Below, piece after piece: positions 42,403 to 51,017 of a DNA stretch of 64,000 bases (position 1 is its first letter; every line of letters begins with the position of its first letter). The translations under genes and the position numbers were made by a program. The stretch spans positions 7,072,001 through 7,136,000 of the forward strand of contig CBDDPY010000002.1 of assembly GCA_965232515.1 (NCBI GenBank), written 5' to 3'. This DNA is from Alphaproteobacteria bacterium (GTDB lineage Bacteria; Pseudomonadota; Alphaproteobacteria; GCA-2731375). Under the pieces are notes generated by a model, which was not told where the DNA came from, did not search any database, and saw only the letters and a program-made list of their open reading frames with translations.

Positions 42403-43260
42403 ATGAGACTAGGACAAAGTGGGGTGGCGCTGTTGGGCGCCGCGATGGCGACATTGATCGCGGGATCGGCCTTCGCGCAATCCCAAACCATTAGCTCGTC
42501 CGTGAGCTTGGCGAAGACCTATGACGAAGACGTCGACGTCGATTACGACAACACAGTCGATATCGACATCGCCAAGGACATCGATGTCTCCAAGGACATG
42601 GACTACAACGGCGTGGTGAACATCACCGGCAACATCAACGTGTCGGAAGCCGCGATGTCCACCGTCGACAACAAGCAGATCATCGATGACGGCTTCGTCG
42701 ACGTGTTGGGTACGGAGTCGACGCTCAGCAACATCGCGCTGATCGACGGTACCGTGCTCGGCGGCGCCGGTGGCAATATCGGCGTCAACGTGGCGGTCGG
42801 CGACAACCTGCTGCAAGAGAATGTGGCGGTGCTGTCGGCGATTGGCACGGCAACGGCCGGTTCGGCCGACGCCGAGGTGTTCAGCGTTCAGAAGAGCATC
42901 AATAATGAGTTCGATGACTCGACCGAGGTCGAGGAGGTGTTCAACAACACGCAGCTGCTGGGCGACGTGCTCGCGGCCGCGACCGGCAACATCGGGTTGA
43001 ACGCCGCAACAGGCGCCTTCAACGGCCAGAAGAACGCTCTGGCCATCGCCGCGGTGACCGGCTCGGCGACTCTGTCGGAAGCGACAGCGGCGGTGCTGCA
43101 GGAGAGCACCTTCAACGACACCTTTCACAATGACACCGCCAATGAGGTCAAGCTGCAGGGCAACGTCGCGAACACGGCGACCGGCAATATCGGTCTCAAT
43201 CTGATCGCTGGCACCAATAACCTGCAGCAAAACACACTCGCGATTTCCTCCGTGCAGTGA
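42403..43260 (+). CDS. FapC-like major amyloid subunit, tandem copy E
   Basis: Paralog; GGAGG RBS; signal peptide; three repeats. Confidence 0.85.
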   Translation: MRLGQSGVALLGAAMATLIAGSAFAQSQTISSSVSLAKTYDEDVDVDYDNTVDIDIAKDIDVSKDMDYNGVVNITGNINVSEAAMSTVDNKQIIDDGFVDVLGTESTLSNIALIDGTVLGGAGGNIGVNVAVGDNLLQENVAVLSAIGTATAGSADAEVFSVQKSINNEFDDSTEVEEVFNNTQLLGDVLAAATGNIGLNAATGAFNGQKNALAIAAVTGSATLSEATAAVLQESTFNDTFHNDTANEVKLQGNVANTATGNIGLNLIAGTNNLQQNTLAISSVQ

Positions 43261-43280
43261 CTGCTGGTTGACCCAACCGC

Positions 43281-43318
43281 AAGGGTTCCGGCCGCTTCGG
43301 CCGGAACCCTTTTTCTTT
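43281..43318 (+). terminator. Rho-independent terminator after copy E
   Basis: AAGGGTTCCGGCC-gcttc-GGCCGGAACCCTT followed by TTTCTTT. Confidence 0.9.
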
Positions 43319-43382
43319 CATCCCTACAGGGCGGCAATGCTCTGCCCCGCGGCGTTGGCGGTCATGCCCGCGTGGCCGGATG

Positions 43383-43399
43383 TGTAACGCCAGCGGACA
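43383..43399 (+). promoter_or_regulatory. 17-bp enhancer-like motif copy 8
   Basis: TGTAACGCCAGCGGACA, 64 bp before the promoter. Confidence 0.8.
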
Positions 43400-43463
43400 G
43401 TTGGACGACCATCGGCAAGCCGCGCGACGCCGATAGACGGTGCCGCCCCCGATCTTTGGCCAG

Positions 43464-43479
43464 TGGCATGGATTTTGCG
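43464..43479 (+). promoter_or_regulatory. sigma54 promoter
   Basis: TGGCATGGATTTTGCG. Confidence 0.85.
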
Positions 43480-43574
43480 GACGAGTTCAACGGGAGTGAC
43501 CCGCTCGCTTGGTGGGCTGAATCCGACGCGCGCCGGCGGCCGGCCTGTCATGACGATCTGGGGCGGAGGACAGC

Positions 43575-44300
43575 ATGCCGAATTCAACGATAGCCGCGAT
43601 CGCAGCGATCGGCGTCATGTCTTGCCTTTTGTTCACGGCCGGGCCGGTATCCCAGAGCCATGCCGGCGAGATCCGGCTGGGCAGCGTCGTGCCCGGCGCT
43701 GGCGTCGTTCGCAAGAGCTTCAAGAGCATGCGCGAGCGGCGCTATACCGACATGGTGCCGCAAAAAACAGACTTCAGTTGCGGCGCCGCCTCGGTCGCGA
43801 CGATCCTGAAATACGCCTATGGCAGGGAGACGACGGAAGTCGAGGTGCTGGAGGGCATGCTCGAGATCAGCGACAGGGAGCTCGTTCTGAAGAAGGGCTT
43901 TTCGCTGCTGGAGATCAAGCGCTACGTGGAATCGCTCGGCATGCAGGGCGTCGGCTTCCGGATCGCGCCCGAAAACATGGACAAGATCAAGGTTCCGACG
44001 ATCGCCCTGATCGACATCAAGGGCTACAAGCACTTCGTGGTTTTGAAGAAGGTCAGGAACCAGAAAGCCTATGTCGCCGACCCGGCGCTCGGCAATTCGG
44101 TGATGAAGCTCGACAAGTTCGCCGAAGTCTGGAACGGCGTGGTGTTCGCCGTCGTCGCCGACGACTACGACAAGGACAACGTGCTCCTGAAGGCCAAGGA
44201 GCCATTGAGCGCCAAGCGGCTCTACGGCATGCGCGCGCCCGTCACCAACGCCAACCTGCTCGATTTCGGATTTCGCCACGCCGATCTCTTCCGCTTCTAA
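43575..44300 (+). CDS. fapD: Stand-alone periplasmic C39 cysteine peptidase (FapD-like)
   Basis: Signal peptide; QKTDFSCGAA (catalytic Cys), GFSLLEIKRY, GYKHFVV (His), ADPALGN (Asp); located in the amyloid locus. Confidence 0.9.
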   Translation: MPNSTIAAIAAIGVMSCLLFTAGPVSQSHAGEIRLGSVVPGAGVVRKSFKSMRERRYTDMVPQKTDFSCGAASVATILKYAYGRETTEVEVLEGMLEISDRELVLKKGFSLLEIKRYVESLGMQGVGFRIAPENMDKIKVPTIALIDIKGYKHFVVLKKVRNQKAYVADPALGNSVMKLDKFAEVWNGVVFAVVADDYDKDNVLLKAKEPLSAKRLYGMRAPVTNANLLDFGFRHADLFRF

Positions 44301-44508
44301 CTAGCGACCGGCCGCCAGTGGGCGTAAGGGTCCGTCCGTACGTACTGGCACGCATTTACCGACATCCGCGTCGGGGCGACAATTTCCACAACGCTTAGGA
44401 GGTAAAGAGGACCGCTGGTGACCGGGGGGTGCCAACGTTGGTTCTTGACCTGTCTCGGCCCGGCCGCAGTGGATCTGGCGAGCCGACGCCGAGCCCGGAA
44501 TCGAGGAA

Positions 44509-45417
44509 TTGGACGTGTTCCCTCGTGGCTGTTCAGTCGCCATCCATTGCCGGCCCAATCGTCGACCGCGTTGGGTTGGTTGGGTACGAAGCGGATCCGT
44601 GCGTTGCCTGTTTCTCGGCGTCCTGCTGCTGGCGTCGCCGCTACGCGCCGCCATGCCCGACATGAGCTGGGTCGACGAGGCCGAGATCGTCTCCGACGTC
44701 GAACTCGCGGATATGCGCGGCCGTTTCTTGCAGAGCGGCGATGTGACCTATTTCGGCGTGCAGATGGTCACGACCTGGCAGACGTCGGACGGCGTGATCA
44801 TGAACACGGGCGTTGAGTGGGGCGTCGATTTGGGCGGCGGTTCGGCGGATCCGACGGTCAGCTTCTTTCAACTGTCGCCCGATGACGTTTCGTCGAGCAT
44901 CGATCCGTTGCTGGAGCGGCAGTTGCTGCAGGAAGCGATGCTGATCGTGAACGAACCGGTCCCACTGACGTCCACCGCAGGCGCCGGCGGGCTGGAAACC
45001 GCGACCGGCATTGTTCAGAGCGTCCAGGCCGCCGGCGACGGCAACGATATCGGCAACGACATCGGTTTGGCCGTGGTCGACGGCGACGCGGCGCCGTCGC
45101 TGGCATTTCCGCAAACGACCTTCGGCGCGCCGCACGATCTGACCGAAACGACGACGGTCGAGTTCGCGGCCGGCACCAAGGCGACGGCGTTCGTTGAGGA
45201 CAACGCGATCGGCATGGTCGTGTCGATCCCAGGCGCCGGCGTCGTACTGCAAGAGCTCCGCGGCGGGCAGGGCCGCGCCGCGCAGCACGCGAACATCTCC
45301 AGCAATCTAAATTTCGTGCGCAACACGATGCAGATCACGTTCGGTGTCGACGCGGCCAATCAGCCGCTTGGCACCAATGTCAGATCTGCGCTGCAGCTGC
45401 TGCCCAGCCTGAGATGA
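44509..45417 (+). CDS. FapE-like secreted accessory protein (true start may be GTG 44599)
   Basis: VSDVELADMRGRF...YFGVQMVTTWQT and QSVQAAGDGNDIGN motifs; lies between the FapD-like and FapF-like genes. Confidence 0.75.
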   Translation: MDVFPRGCSVAIHCRPNRRPRWVGWVRSGSVRCLFLGVLLLASPLRAAMPDMSWVDEAEIVSDVELADMRGRFLQSGDVTYFGVQMVTTWQTSDGVIMNTGVEWGVDLGGGSADPTVSFFQLSPDDVSSSIDPLLERQLLQEAMLIVNEPVPLTSTAGAGGLETATGIVQSVQAAGDGNDIGNDIGLAVVDGDAAPSLAFPQTTFGAPHDLTETTTVEFAAGTKATAFVEDNAIGMVVSIPGAGVVLQELRGGQGRAAQHANISSNLNFVRNTMQITFGVDAANQPLGTNVRSALQLLPSLR

Positions 45418-45423
45418 TGGCGC

Positions 45424-45439
45424 TGGCACGGAGTTTGCG
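45424..45439 (+). promoter_or_regulatory. sigma54 promoter
   Basis: TGGCACGGAGTTTGCG. Confidence 0.75.
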
Positions 45440-45560
45440 TGCCGTAAGGCAGGACAGGTGGCGGCCGAGGCGCTGAATGGGCGCATGCGCGCAAGCAATC
45501 CCGGCGCCACCGGCAGATGTACGATATCGGGGGGATATCGGGTCGAGAAGGGAGGCTGAT

Positions 45561-46169
45561 ATGGGTCCAGCACGAATGTTTGCGCGGCAGGCGATGGTGC
45601 TGTTCGTCGGGGTCATCGCCGGCTGGTCGACATTGACCCAGGCGGCGGACGACAGCGGTCAGTTCGCCATCAAAGGTGTCGGATTGCTCACCTGTCAGGA
45701 CAGCGTCGCCGCGCGCGAGGCAAAGTCCGGCCTGGATATCCGCTTCCGCAGCTGGATCGATGGCTATCTGACCGCGGTCAATCGCTACGAGCCGACGACC
45801 TACGATGCGACGCCGTGGGGAACGCCCGAGATCATCGCCACCATCGTCGACAATCATTGCCGCGACAATCCGGACGAGCGTTTCGTCATTGCCGTACAGA
45901 AGCTGGTCGCCACATTGCAGGCGGACAAGCTGACGACGAGCTCGCCGTTGCTGACGGTGGCCGTGGACGGCAAGCGGGTGCTGCTCTACGAAGCCCTGCT
46001 GCAGCGCGTTCAGGAGCGGCTGGCCGAGCGGGGGCTTTATCTGGGCAATGCCGACGGTGAATTCGGCCCGATGACGCAGCAGGCCATCGCCCTCTATCAG
46101 ATCAGCGAGGGTCTGGAAGGCACCGGACTGCCCGATCCGCTGACGGTTTGGAAGCTGGTGAAGCCCTAA
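45561..46169 (+). CDS. Secreted protein: two-cysteine HdeA-like domain plus C-terminal peptidoglycan-binding domain
   Basis: GGAGG RBS before ATG 45561; C-terminal VQERLAERGLYLGNADGEFGPMTQQAIALYQ...GL..TG matches the PG_binding_1 pattern. Confidence 0.8.
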   Translation: MGPARMFARQAMVLFVGVIAGWSTLTQAADDSGQFAIKGVGLLTCQDSVAAREAKSGLDIRFRSWIDGYLTAVNRYEPTTYDATPWGTPEIIATIVDNHCRDNPDERFVIAVQKLVATLQADKLTTSSPLLTVAVDGKRVLLYEALLQRVQERLAERGLYLGNADGEFGPMTQQAIALYQISEGLEGTGLPDPLTVWKLVKP

Positions 46170-46356
46170 CAGGATCGTTGGCCGGCGCCATCTCGTCCGA
46201 TGCGGGTCGTCCCCGATACCGTTGTCGTCCGGGAGGCGGTTGGCGATCATCGGCGGCGGCACTTAAACGCATGCTTGGACAAATTGATTAGCAATTGCTA
46301 TAGGAGTGACGCGACTGACTTGCAGATCAAGCGAAGAAGTCTGAGGAAGAGGGCGC

Positions 46357-47661
46357 TTGAACAAACGATCATTTGCGTTTGTCTGCACCATTGCTTTCGC
46401 CGTCCCAGCGACCAGTATTGCTCAGGACGCGCAGCGAGAGCAGGCGCTGCAAGAGCAGGTCGAACGTTTAACCCGCGTTATTCAGGTTCAACAACGGGCG
46501 CTGCTTCAGCTTGAGCAGCGGCTGCGGGCGCTCGAGCAACGGCAGCCCGCGCCTGAGACGCCGCCGCCAGCCGCGCCGCCGCAGCCGCAAGCGCAGCCCC
46601 CGGCGCCGGAGCAGCCGCCTGCCGCACCGGCGCAACCGCCGCAACCCGAACTCGCCGATCGGGCCGCCGAGGAGGGTGAGGAGGAGCCCGTTAAACGCGA
46701 GGCCGAACCCTCGCGGGCGCTGGAGACGGTCGCCGGCGAGGCGCAGGGCTTTTTCGGCGAGCGCTATACTTTCGAGCCCAGCATCACCTATTCGCGCTTC
46801 GACCGCTCCGAAATCGGGTTGAGCGGGTTCCTGGCGCTGGACGCGATCTTTCTCGGCACGATCAGCGTCGACGAGGTCGAATCGGATATCGTGACCACGG
46901 ACGCGACCTTCCGCGTCGGCATCACCAACGATCTGCAGGTCGACGTCAACGTACCGTTCGTCTATCGCCAGTCGAACTTCGTCAGCGGCGGTGTCGGCGG
47001 CTCGGCATCGGGCCGGGCCGAGAGGGAGGTCGACGCCAGCAATCTGGGCGATATCGGTTTCGGCGTGAATTATCGGCTGTTCCGCGAAACCGAGGTCTGG
47101 CCCGACATCGTCGTCAATGCCCGCGGGCGGGCGCCGACAGGGCGGGACCCGTTCGGGATCGAGCTTCGCACCGTCGAAGGCACCCAGGGCAATCTGCAGG
47201 TGCCGGAACAACTTCCCACGGGCAATGGTGTCTGGCAGGCGTCGGCCGGCCTGTCGTTTCTGAAGACCATCGACCCGGCCATCCTGTTCGCCAGCATCAA
47301 CTACTTTCACAATTTCCAGAAAGGCTTCGACGATATCGATGCCGCCGACGGCGACCAGCCGGGCGACGTGGATCTCGGCGATTCCATTCAAGCCGGCGTC
47401 GGCATGGCCTTCGCCTTGAACGAGCGGCTCAGCCTGAGCCTGAGCTATACGCACCGCATCGTCGAGGAGAGCCGGACCAAATCGGACCTGGCCGACCGCT
47501 TCACCGAGGTCGTCGGCAGCGATGCCAACGTCGGCATTTTGAACACCGGCATTACCTACGCGATCACCGACAACCTGACCTTCGTCTCGAATGTGGGCGC
47601 CGGCCTGACCGAGGATGCGGCCGACGTCGAGATCCGGGTGTCGTTCCCCTACACCTTCTAG
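46357..47661 (+). CDS. fapF: FapF-like outer membrane beta-barrel amyloid secretion channel
   Basis: Signal peptide, N-terminal coiled coil (QREQALQEQVERL...LEQRLRALEQ), Pro-rich linker, GFLALDAIFLG, APTGRDPFGI, LPTGNGVW, terminal Phe. Confidence 0.88.
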   Translation: MNKRSFAFVCTIAFAVPATSIAQDAQREQALQEQVERLTRVIQVQQRALLQLEQRLRALEQRQPAPETPPPAAPPQPQAQPPAPEQPPAAPAQPPQPELADRAAEEGEEEPVKREAEPSRALETVAGEAQGFFGERYTFEPSITYSRFDRSEIGLSGFLALDAIFLGTISVDEVESDIVTTDATFRVGITNDLQVDVNVPFVYRQSNFVSGGVGGSASGRAEREVDASNLGDIGFGVNYRLFRETEVWPDIVVNARGRAPTGRDPFGIELRTVEGTQGNLQVPEQLPTGNGVWQASAGLSFLKTIDPAILFASINYFHNFQKGFDDIDAADGDQPGDVDLGDSIQAGVGMAFALNERLSLSLSYTHRIVEESRTKSDLADRFTEVVGSDANVGILNTGITYAITDNLTFVSNVGAGLTEDAADVEIRVSFPYTF

Positions 47662-47724
47662 ACGGCGTCCCCGTTCGGACGCGGCAATCTGACCGGTACC
47701 GGTTCCGCGCGGGCGGAAGTCCGG

Positions 47725-48372
47725 TTAGTCCGTCGGGTGCTGCTTCCAGCCGTCGCCGAACGCCTGGCCGTGCAGTCCCAGCGCGATCAACAGCAATTGG
47801 GGCAGGCTGCGCGCGCCCATCTTCTCCATCACGCGCGATCGATGCACCTCGACCGTCCGGGGACTGATCTCCAGCTCCAACGCGATCTCCTTGTTGGAGC
47901 GGCCGACCACGAGATGGGCGAACACGTCGCGTTCGCGTTCGGTTAACCGGGCCAACAGTGCTTCGGCATCGACCTCCTCGACCGGCGCTGTCGTTTCGCT
48001 GCTCGATGGGTGGCGGTTGAGCACGCGCCCGATGCTGGCCAAGACGGTCCCCTGGCGGTCGTTGCCGTCCGGCTGCCGCATCGCCCCGTTGCCATCGCCG
48101 TCGTCATCCTCGAGATGATCGCGAATGAATGCCTTTACGGCGGGCGCCAGGATGCGGGGAAAGATGACCAGATCCTGGTCCAGCACATGAATGACATCGA
48201 GCAACGTATCGATCCGCGGCGTCACCTTTCCGGTCTCGATACTGGAGATATGCATTTGCGGCAGCCCGGCGCGTCGCCCGACCTCCGCCTGACTCAATCC
48301 GCATTCCAAGCGCGCTCTCTTCAACTGTCTCTGCAGGGGATGCGGTGAGCGGTTCCGGCGTCTTGTTGTCAT
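47725..48372 (-). CDS. Transcriptional regulator with an N-terminal XRE HTH and a C-terminal LuxR/FixJ-type HTH
   Basis: GLSQAEVGRRAGLPQMHISSIETGK and LTERERDV...GRSNKEIALELEISPRTVEVHRSRVMEKM; ATG 48372 preferred over 48411. Confidence 0.75.
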   Translation of the reverse strand: MTTRRRNRSPHPLQRQLKRARLECGLSQAEVGRRAGLPQMHISSIETGKVTPRIDTLLDVIHVLDQDLVIFPRILAPAVKAFIRDHLEDDDGDGNGAMRQPDGNDRQGTVLASIGRVLNRHPSSSETTAPVEEVDAEALLARLTERERDVFAHLVVGRSNKEIALELEISPRTVEVHRSRVMEKMGARSLPQLLLIALGLHGQAFGDGWKQHPTD

Positions 48373-48846
48373 TGTATTTATCTTTTTGATCCGTCGGTAT
48401 GAGGCGACCAACGGCCTTTCCGTCCTCAGACCCCATGCGATCGCGCCAATGGCACGTATCGCTTGTCGGCTCGGGCGTCCCGTGTGCCGCTATCAATGTG
48501 CGCGGAGGTTTGCTTTTGGCCCGCCCGAACTCTTGCAGATGATACCGCGAGCCGACCCGGCTTCCGTGACCCAAATGAGGTATGTCGGAAACGTCAGCCA
48601 GGGCAGGAGGCCGATGCTGCGCAGGTGGATCCTCTCGGCGGATTGCCGACGAGACGGCGCTCTCCAGGATGCATGCTTCTTTCGCGACCGTTTCCGTGTC
48701 GAGACGAAAACTCGATGCAATCGCTCGGCGCACTACTTATAAACGCGGGTCGGGTGAATTTGCCGTGCCGCCACGCTAGCCAAGGCGGACAACCTGATTT
48801 CCGCCCGATCGATTGGGCATGAGGCGTTGTCAATGAGGAGGCCGGA

Positions 48847-49326
48847 GTGAAGGGCGACAAGAAGGTTATTCAGATACTCAACGCGGTTCTCAAGAACGAG
48901 CTCACCGCCGTCAACCAATACTTCCTTCATTCCCGCATGCTCAAGGATTGGGGCATTTCCAAGCTGGCCGACTATGAATACGAGGAGTCGGTCGACGAGA
49001 TGAAGCACGCCGATAAGCTGATCGAGCGGATCCTGTTCCTGGACGGCCTGCCGAACCTGCAGGACCTCGGCAAGCTGATGATCGGCGAGAACGTGAAGGA
49101 GATCCTGGAATGCGATCTCAAGCTTGAGCATCTGGCCATACCGGCGCTGCGTGAAGGCATAGCGCACTGTGAGAAGGTCAGCGACTATGTGTCCCGACAG
49201 TTGCTGGACGAGATCCTCAGCAATGAGGAAGAACATGTCGATTTTCTGGAAACCCAGTTTGCCATGATCGAGCGGATGGGCCTGGAGAACTACATCCAGC
49301 TACAGAGCAAACCGGCCGAGGATTGA
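48847..49326 (+). CDS. bfr: Bacterioferritin
   Basis: [42 protein letters not shown]. Confidence 0.97.
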   Translation: MKGDKKVIQILNAVLKNELTAVNQYFLHSRMLKDWGISKLADYEYEESVDEMKHADKLIERILFLDGLPNLQDLGKLMIGENVKEILECDLKLEHLAIPALREGIAHCEKVSDYVSRQLLDEILSNEEEHVDFLETQFAMIERMGLENYIQLQSKPAED

Positions 49327-49573
49327 CTGCCGGCCCCGCGTTGGAAATTTGCTCGCGTGTGGTGAGCGCGACTTAACGCGCGAGCGACCGCCTGTCGGCC
49401 CTGAGCGGGCGTTCCTTCTCGACAGCGGTCCGGATCGCGAGCCGGGGCCGCTGATGCAAATGCGCCGCGGTCGGCGCCGCGGGTTTCTGTCCCAGGAGCT
49501 GCTGAATGCGTCGGGCCACCGACAGCACGTCGAGCGGCTTAAGCGCGGGCCAGCAGTACATCGACGGCTGGCC

Positions 49574-49789
49574 TCAGCCGGCCGCTTGCGCGGCGCATAA
49601 CGCCATCGGCGCGTCGGCCTCGCCGTCGCCGTGCACGCCGTCGATCAGATCCTGGGCGACCGCGAGGCATCGGCCGCAGTTGGGGCCGTCGCCGAGCGCA
49701 TGATAGGCCTTTTTAGCGCAGCGAACGCCCGATCGCGCCACTTCCCGGATCTCGGCGTCACGGTAGCCATTACAGATACAGACGTACAT
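49574..49789 (-). CDS. bfd: Bacterioferritin-associated [2Fe-2S] ferredoxin
   Basis: MYVCICN...CGRC; GGAG RBS. Confidence 0.9.
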   Translation of the reverse strand: MYVCICNGYRDAEIREVARSGVRCAKKAYHALGDGPNCGRCLAVAQDLIDGVHGDGEADAPMALCAAQAAG

Positions 49790-49822
49790 TCACATCTCCT
49801 ATCGCACTCTAATGTGGCAAGT

Positions 49823-49841
49823 GTGCGAATGATTGTCAATT
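49823..49841. promoter_or_regulatory. Fur-like iron box upstream of bfd
   Basis: GTGCGAATGATTGTCAATT; nearly the reverse complement of the 58529 box. Confidence 0.6.
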
Positions 49842-49886
49842 TCAGCGTAGGTCAAAATCGTTAACGCTTTGTGTGGCGACCGGCCG

Positions 49887-51017
49887 TCATCCGGGGGTGG
49901 CTGCCGTCATGTGATTGTCCCAGCGCCCATCCTCCAGAAACGCCCCAGAAATGGTCTGCGATGACCCTGACTGCGCGTCGATCAGCGTCATGCCGCCCCG
50001 GTCGCTGCTGGCCAGGAAGGTGCCCGTGCGCGCAGCCGGGGCGATGCCGCTGCCATCGGCAACGGGCACGGCCGATAGGTGCCGGCCGCTATTCGCTTCC
50101 CAGAACGTGACGACGTTGCCGCGCGGCGCCGAGACCGCGATTACTTCGCCGCCGCTGTCGAACGCGATGCTGCCGCAATATTGGTTCATGGCGCGCAGGA
50201 TCGCCGGCGATGCTTTGAAGGGGCGCAGCGCCGCCGCACCGTGATGTATTGCAATGAGTGGCACCTGGTCGCCAGCCGGCCCCTCGTATTGCATAGCCAG
50301 GGCGACGCGGTCGTCGCGGCCGACCGCGAGGTGGCGAATGCTGAGCTGGTGCAGATCCGATGGCAGTCGGAACGTGGCCAGCATGCGGCCGTCGCGACGG
50401 TCGAGGTAAGCGAGCGACGGCGCCATGTCGGGCAAATTCAGCTTGACCCGCGGCAGGTCGGGATGTGTCAGGATTCCGCCGTTGGCGACAACCAGCGTCT
50501 CGCCGTCGCCGAGCAGACGAACCTCGTGCGGGCCGATTCCGTGCGTCGATAGCTCGCCCAGACGCCGATACCCGTGGTCGGCGTCGTAGACGCCGACGAC
50601 GCCGCGTTCGGCCTCGAAATCGTTCTCCGTCGCGTAGAGCAGCCGGCCGTCCAGGCTGAAGACGCCGTGACCATAGAAATGTCGGTCGTCAGGCGTCGTG
50701 AACATGCCCATCGCCCTACCGTTGACGATATCGACGACGAGTGCGAAGGCGCCGGGCCGGCGAGCAAAAACGACGGCGATCCGGCCGTCCGGCCGGACGG
50801 CGAACGCGTGGCCGCGCGCCGGCAGCGGCAGATCGAACACCGCATCGCCGGCAGCGCCGAAGCCGCTGATGTGGAAGCCTCCGTCGGAGTCGCCGCGCGC
50901 GCTCAGATACAGCCGCCGGCCGGTCTCGGCGCGTGACGGTCTTGGCAGTAGCGATCCGGCAAGAGCGCCGGCGAGCAGCCCCAGCGACGTCCGCCGATCA
51001 ATCGCCATCCAGCGCAT
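49887..51017 (-). CDS. DUF1513-family Tat-exported beta-propeller protein
   Basis: DRRTSLGLL Tat-like signal; RGH, FARRPG, HFYGHG, GIGPHE, ANGGI, LSIRHL, WDNH motifs. Confidence 0.9.
   Translation of the reverse strand: MRWMAIDRRTSLGLLAGALAGSLLPRPSRAETGRRLYLSARGDSDGGFHISGFGAAGDAVFDLPLPARGHAFAVRPDGRIAVVFARRPGAFALVVDIVNGRAMGMFTTPDDRHFYGHGVFSLDGRLLYATENDFEAERGVVGVYDADHGYRRLGELSTHGIGPHEVRLLGDGETLVVANGGILTHPDLPRVKLNLPDMAPSLAYLDRRDGRMLATFRLPSDLHQLSIRHLAVGRDDRVALAMQYEGPAGDQVPLIAIHHGAAALRPFKASPAILRAMNQYCGSIAFDSGGEVIAVSAPRGNVVTFWEANSGRHLSAVPVADGSGIAPAARTGTFLASSDRGGMTLIDAQSGSSQTISGAFLEDGRWDNHMTAATPG

Noticed and set aside
37500-43500. CRISPR array, integron cassette array or assembly-induced duplication
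   Set aside because: The units are 1.1-kb paralogous genes with their own promoters and terminators; no cas, integrase or attC-like sites; copies differ by substitutions and indels throughout, unlike a mis-assembly.
44346-44361. sigma54 promoter before the FapE-like gene (TGGCACGCATTTACCG)
   Set aside because: Good -24 element, but CC instead of GC at -12 and no enhancer motif nearby.
34919-47661. Curli (csg) assignment
   Set aside because: No CsgG-like lipoprotein or 22-aa CsgA repeats; the C39 peptidase, coiled-coil barrel and three long repeats fit Fap.
48104-48822. ORFs between the regulator and bfr
   Set aside because: Overlapping, motif-less and without protein-like composition.
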